DNA of 64,000 nucleotides from Cetorhinus maximus (Eukaryota): contig NC_135890.1 in the NCBI RefSeq assembly GCF_964194155.1, positions 39,184,001-39,248,000 of the forward strand, written 5' to 3'. The notes below the pieces were generated by a model. It was not told the origin of the DNA and searched no databases. It saw only the letters and a program-made list of their open reading frames with translations. Positions 62,201 through 64,000 of this stretch are shown here, piece after piece. Made by a program: the position numbers and the translations under genes. Each line of letters begins with the position of its first letter. The stretch's first letter is position 1.

Positions 62201-62994
62201 CTTGAGCACAAAAATCGAGACTGACATTCCAACGTAGTACTGAGAGTGCTGCACTGCCGGAGATGATGTCTTTCAGGACCGATGCTCTGTCGGGCCTCTC
62301 AAGTGGGCATAAAAGATCCAATGGCATTCTTTTGAAGGGCACTCAGGCCAACATTTCTCCCTCAATCAACAAATTATCTGGCCATTATCACATTGCTGTT
62401 TGTGGAAACTCGCAATGTGTAAATTGGTTGCCGCTTTTCTTAGAACAGTACAATAATTGCGAAATGACTGCATTGGCTGTAAAGCACTTTGCGGTGCCTG
62501 TGATCGTGAAAGTTGATATACAAATGCAAGACCTTATTTTTCATTTCAATATGGTCCTGAAGGTCCCAGTTTAAAAACTGGTATCTGCAGAGTTGAGCAA
62601 TATCATCAAAGGTTAGATATAAGCTGCTGTGATTTCTAGCAGGTCTTAAGTGTTCTTGTGAAACTACAGTCTAGTTCGAGTCAGTGCTTCAAAGAGGACA
62701 GATAACCGTAATACAAATCCCATTCCTACAGTAGCCAAGTAGGCCTCATTCTGAGCCTTTCACCCAATTAGCTAAAGGTTCCTCAGCCCAGAGACAACAA
62801 AAAAAAATCCTAATGTGTGGCAGCTGATCTACATTCAAAACAATGAATTCTATATAGCAAAATAAATAATTATTGTTCTTCCTTTGTTAAGCTGATGCTT
62901 ACCCTGTTTCCCATTCCCGTCCAACAAGGTTAATAACAACATTGGAATGTTCCACAGCTCGTCTGGTGGAATCTTTATCTCTAGGATTCCAATC
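44045..62994 (-). CDS. NDUFA9: NDUFA9 (complex I 39-kDa subunit), last 8 exons; complement join(62903..62994,61431..61572,61224..61326,51739..51809,51542..51618,50291..50386,47472..47538,44045..44215); 5' exons lie beyond the right edge
   Basis: 819-nt phase-consistent frame: [100 protein letters not shown]. Confidence 0.96.
44427..44860 (+). mobile_element. DeuSINE (SacSINE1-like) copy
   Basis: Same head, core and tail as 62126-62541. Confidence 0.68.
46294..46753 (+). mobile_element. DeuSINE (SacSINE1-like) copy
   Basis: Same head, core and tail as 62126-62541. Further fragments at about 1693-1800 (-), 2534-2600 (+) and 35870-36075 (-). Confidence 0.65.
47472..47538 (-). CDS. NDUFA9: NDUFA9 exon
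   Basis: [22 protein letters not shown]; phase 2-0. Confidence 0.93.
48650..49315 (+). mobile_element. CR1 3' fragment
   Basis: Tail gatgggtcgaatggtctcccttctgtgctg...attctatg. Confidence 0.65.
50291..50386 (-). CDS. NDUFA9: NDUFA9 exon
   Basis: [31 protein letters not shown]; phase 2-2. Confidence 0.93.
51542..51618 (-). CDS. NDUFA9: NDUFA9 exon
   Basis: [26 protein letters not shown]; phase 0-2. Confidence 0.93.
51739..51809 (-). CDS. NDUFA9: NDUFA9 exon
   Basis: [23 protein letters not shown]; phase 1-0. Confidence 0.93.
52870..56995 (+). mobile_element. Near full-length decayed CR1 LINE (ORF1 esterase-like, ORF2 APE + RT, HER1-type 3' tail)
   Basis: ORF1 remnants [10 protein letters not shown] and IMVHVGTN; APE motifs [23 protein letters not shown]; RT motifs GVPQ.SVLG, IYINDLD, KFADD; tail gatcagccatgatc...gagcaggc...tggcct; many stops and frameshifts. 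Confidence 0.9.
57000..58290 (+). mobile_element. Older CR1 RT/3' fragment interrupted by a local duplication and a SINE
   Basis: tatatggactttcaaaaagc, aagtttgcagatgatacaa and gagaaactgtttcc motifs. Confidence 0.65.
57068..57262 (+). repeat. 195-bp direct duplicate of 55410-55604
   Basis: Ungapped, with 6 mismatches by manual comparison. Confidence 0.9.
58310..61084 (-). mobile_element. 5'-truncated CR1 LINE (APE + RT + tail) with a short 5' inversion
   Basis: ORF-track peptides [17 protein letters not shown] and [17 protein letters not shown]; tail at 58310-58400; inverted piece at 61051-61084. Confidence 0.9.
61224..61326 (-). CDS. NDUFA9: NDUFA9 exon
   Basis: [34 protein letters not shown]; phase 0-1. 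Confidence 0.94.
61431..61572 (-). CDS. NDUFA9: NDUFA9 exon
   Basis: [47 protein letters not shown]; phase 2-0. Confidence 0.94.
62126..62541 (+). mobile_element. DeuSINE (SacSINE1-like) tRNA-derived SINE
   Basis: tRNA-like head (tcagttggtagcactc...gttcaagtcccac), central taaaagatcc.atggca...attatcacattgctgtttgtgg...aaattgg.tgc block, tail ending aaatgcaag. Confidence 0.7.
62903..62994 (-). CDS. NDUFA9: NDUFA9 exon
   Basis: [30 protein letters not shown]; phase 0-2. Confidence 0.94.
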
Positions 62995-63455
62995 CTGATA
63001 ATCAAATATAGAAGCACTTATCATATTAGAGGACAGATTAAAAATTCAGCCAGCCTTTGTAACATTAATGTCCAACATGCAACCTCCTATAGTTGGCAAG
63101 CCATCCTTCAACACCAAAGCAACTCAGTATATATGTTTACTTTTGGTACCTGGTGGTTTGCCCTATTTGAATTTCTTGGGGCTGGAGGCTTGGAAGCAGA
63201 TACTTTAGTATTACTGCCTCTTTGTGGCTAAATCAGATTGGTCAATATCAGCAGCTTGAGATATGTAGAAATTATTGGGGATGTGGATTTAAACTTTACA
63301 TGTGGTCATTGAAGCTTAGTAATATGCACCCATTCAGCCCACAAAAATAAAAGTTTGGACGCTCCTGTTCAACATGGTAGCCAGTTATTTCAACCAATTC
63401 CACAGATTGGAACATTTCCACCATGTGGATTGCATACATTTTCCATCCATTCAAG

Positions 63456-64000
63456 ATAAAAGCAAAAAACTGCGGATGCTGGAAATCCAAAACAAAAACA
63501 AAAACAAAAATACCTGGAAAAACTCAGCAGGTCTGACAGCATCTGCGGAGAGGAACACAGTTAACATTTCGAGTCCGAATGACTCTTCATCAGAACTAAA
63601 GAAAAATAGAAGAGGTAAAATATAAGCTGGTTTAAGGGGGGGTGGGACAGGTAGAGCTGGATAGAGGGCCAGTGATAGGTGGAGATAGCCAAAAGATGTC
63701 ATAGACAAAAGGACAAAGAGGTGTTGAAGGTGGTGATATTATCTAAGGAATGTGTTCATGGTGACATTAAGGGTAGAAAGCAGGATGAGCAAGGTACAGA
63801 TAGCCCTAGTGGGGGTGGGGTGGGGGGGAAGGGATAGAAATAGGCTAAAAGGTAGAGATAAAACAATGGATGGAAATACATTTAAAAATAATGGAAATAG
63901 GTGGTAAAAGAAAAATATATATAAATTATTGGAAAAAGGGGGATCGGAAAGGGGGTGGGGATGGAGGAGAGAGTTCATGATCTAAAGTTGTTGAACTCAA
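63456..64000 (-). mobile_element. Penelope-like element 3' region, same family as 38800-39527, running off the window edge
   Basis: Highly similar reverse complement of about 38985-39527; contains an intact HHR core. Confidence 0.88.
63559..63597 (-). ncRNA. Minimal type I hammerhead ribozyme, intact core
   Basis: AGUU-CUGAUGA-A-GAGUC-AUUCG-GACUC-GAAA-U-GUU-AACU: stem I AGUU/AACU, 5-bp stem II, vestigial stem III, NUH triplet GUU. Confidence 0.8.

Overview
This is AT-rich, intron-containing vertebrate DNA, most likely from a shark or ray, judging by the HE1/HER1-type CR1 3' tails, SacSINE/DeuSINE-like SINEs and abundant Penelope-like tails. I assembled four genes by hand from splice sites and reading phase. 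(1) TRMU first coding exon (-, 624-708). (2) A complete 6-coding-exon, 320-aa PLP fold-type II serine/threonine dehydratase/racemase-family gene (+, 3882-12404), head-to-head with TRMU. (3) GTSE1 (-, 10 coding exons found, about 624 aa, with one GC-AG intron and a CHR/CCAAT/ZNF143-type promoter). (4) The last 8 exons of NDUFA9 (-). Introns and spacers hold CR1/L2 LINE fragments, tRNA-derived SINEs, a Gypsy LTR remnant with a tRNA-Pro PBS, MITEs and about 10 copies of a Penelope-like element end carrying a minimal hammerhead ribozyme. One of these is a TSD-flanked tandem 134-nt retrozyme-like insertion with a 5' inversion. All calls rest on reading the sequence and recalling family motifs; no searches were run, and repeat boundaries are approximate.
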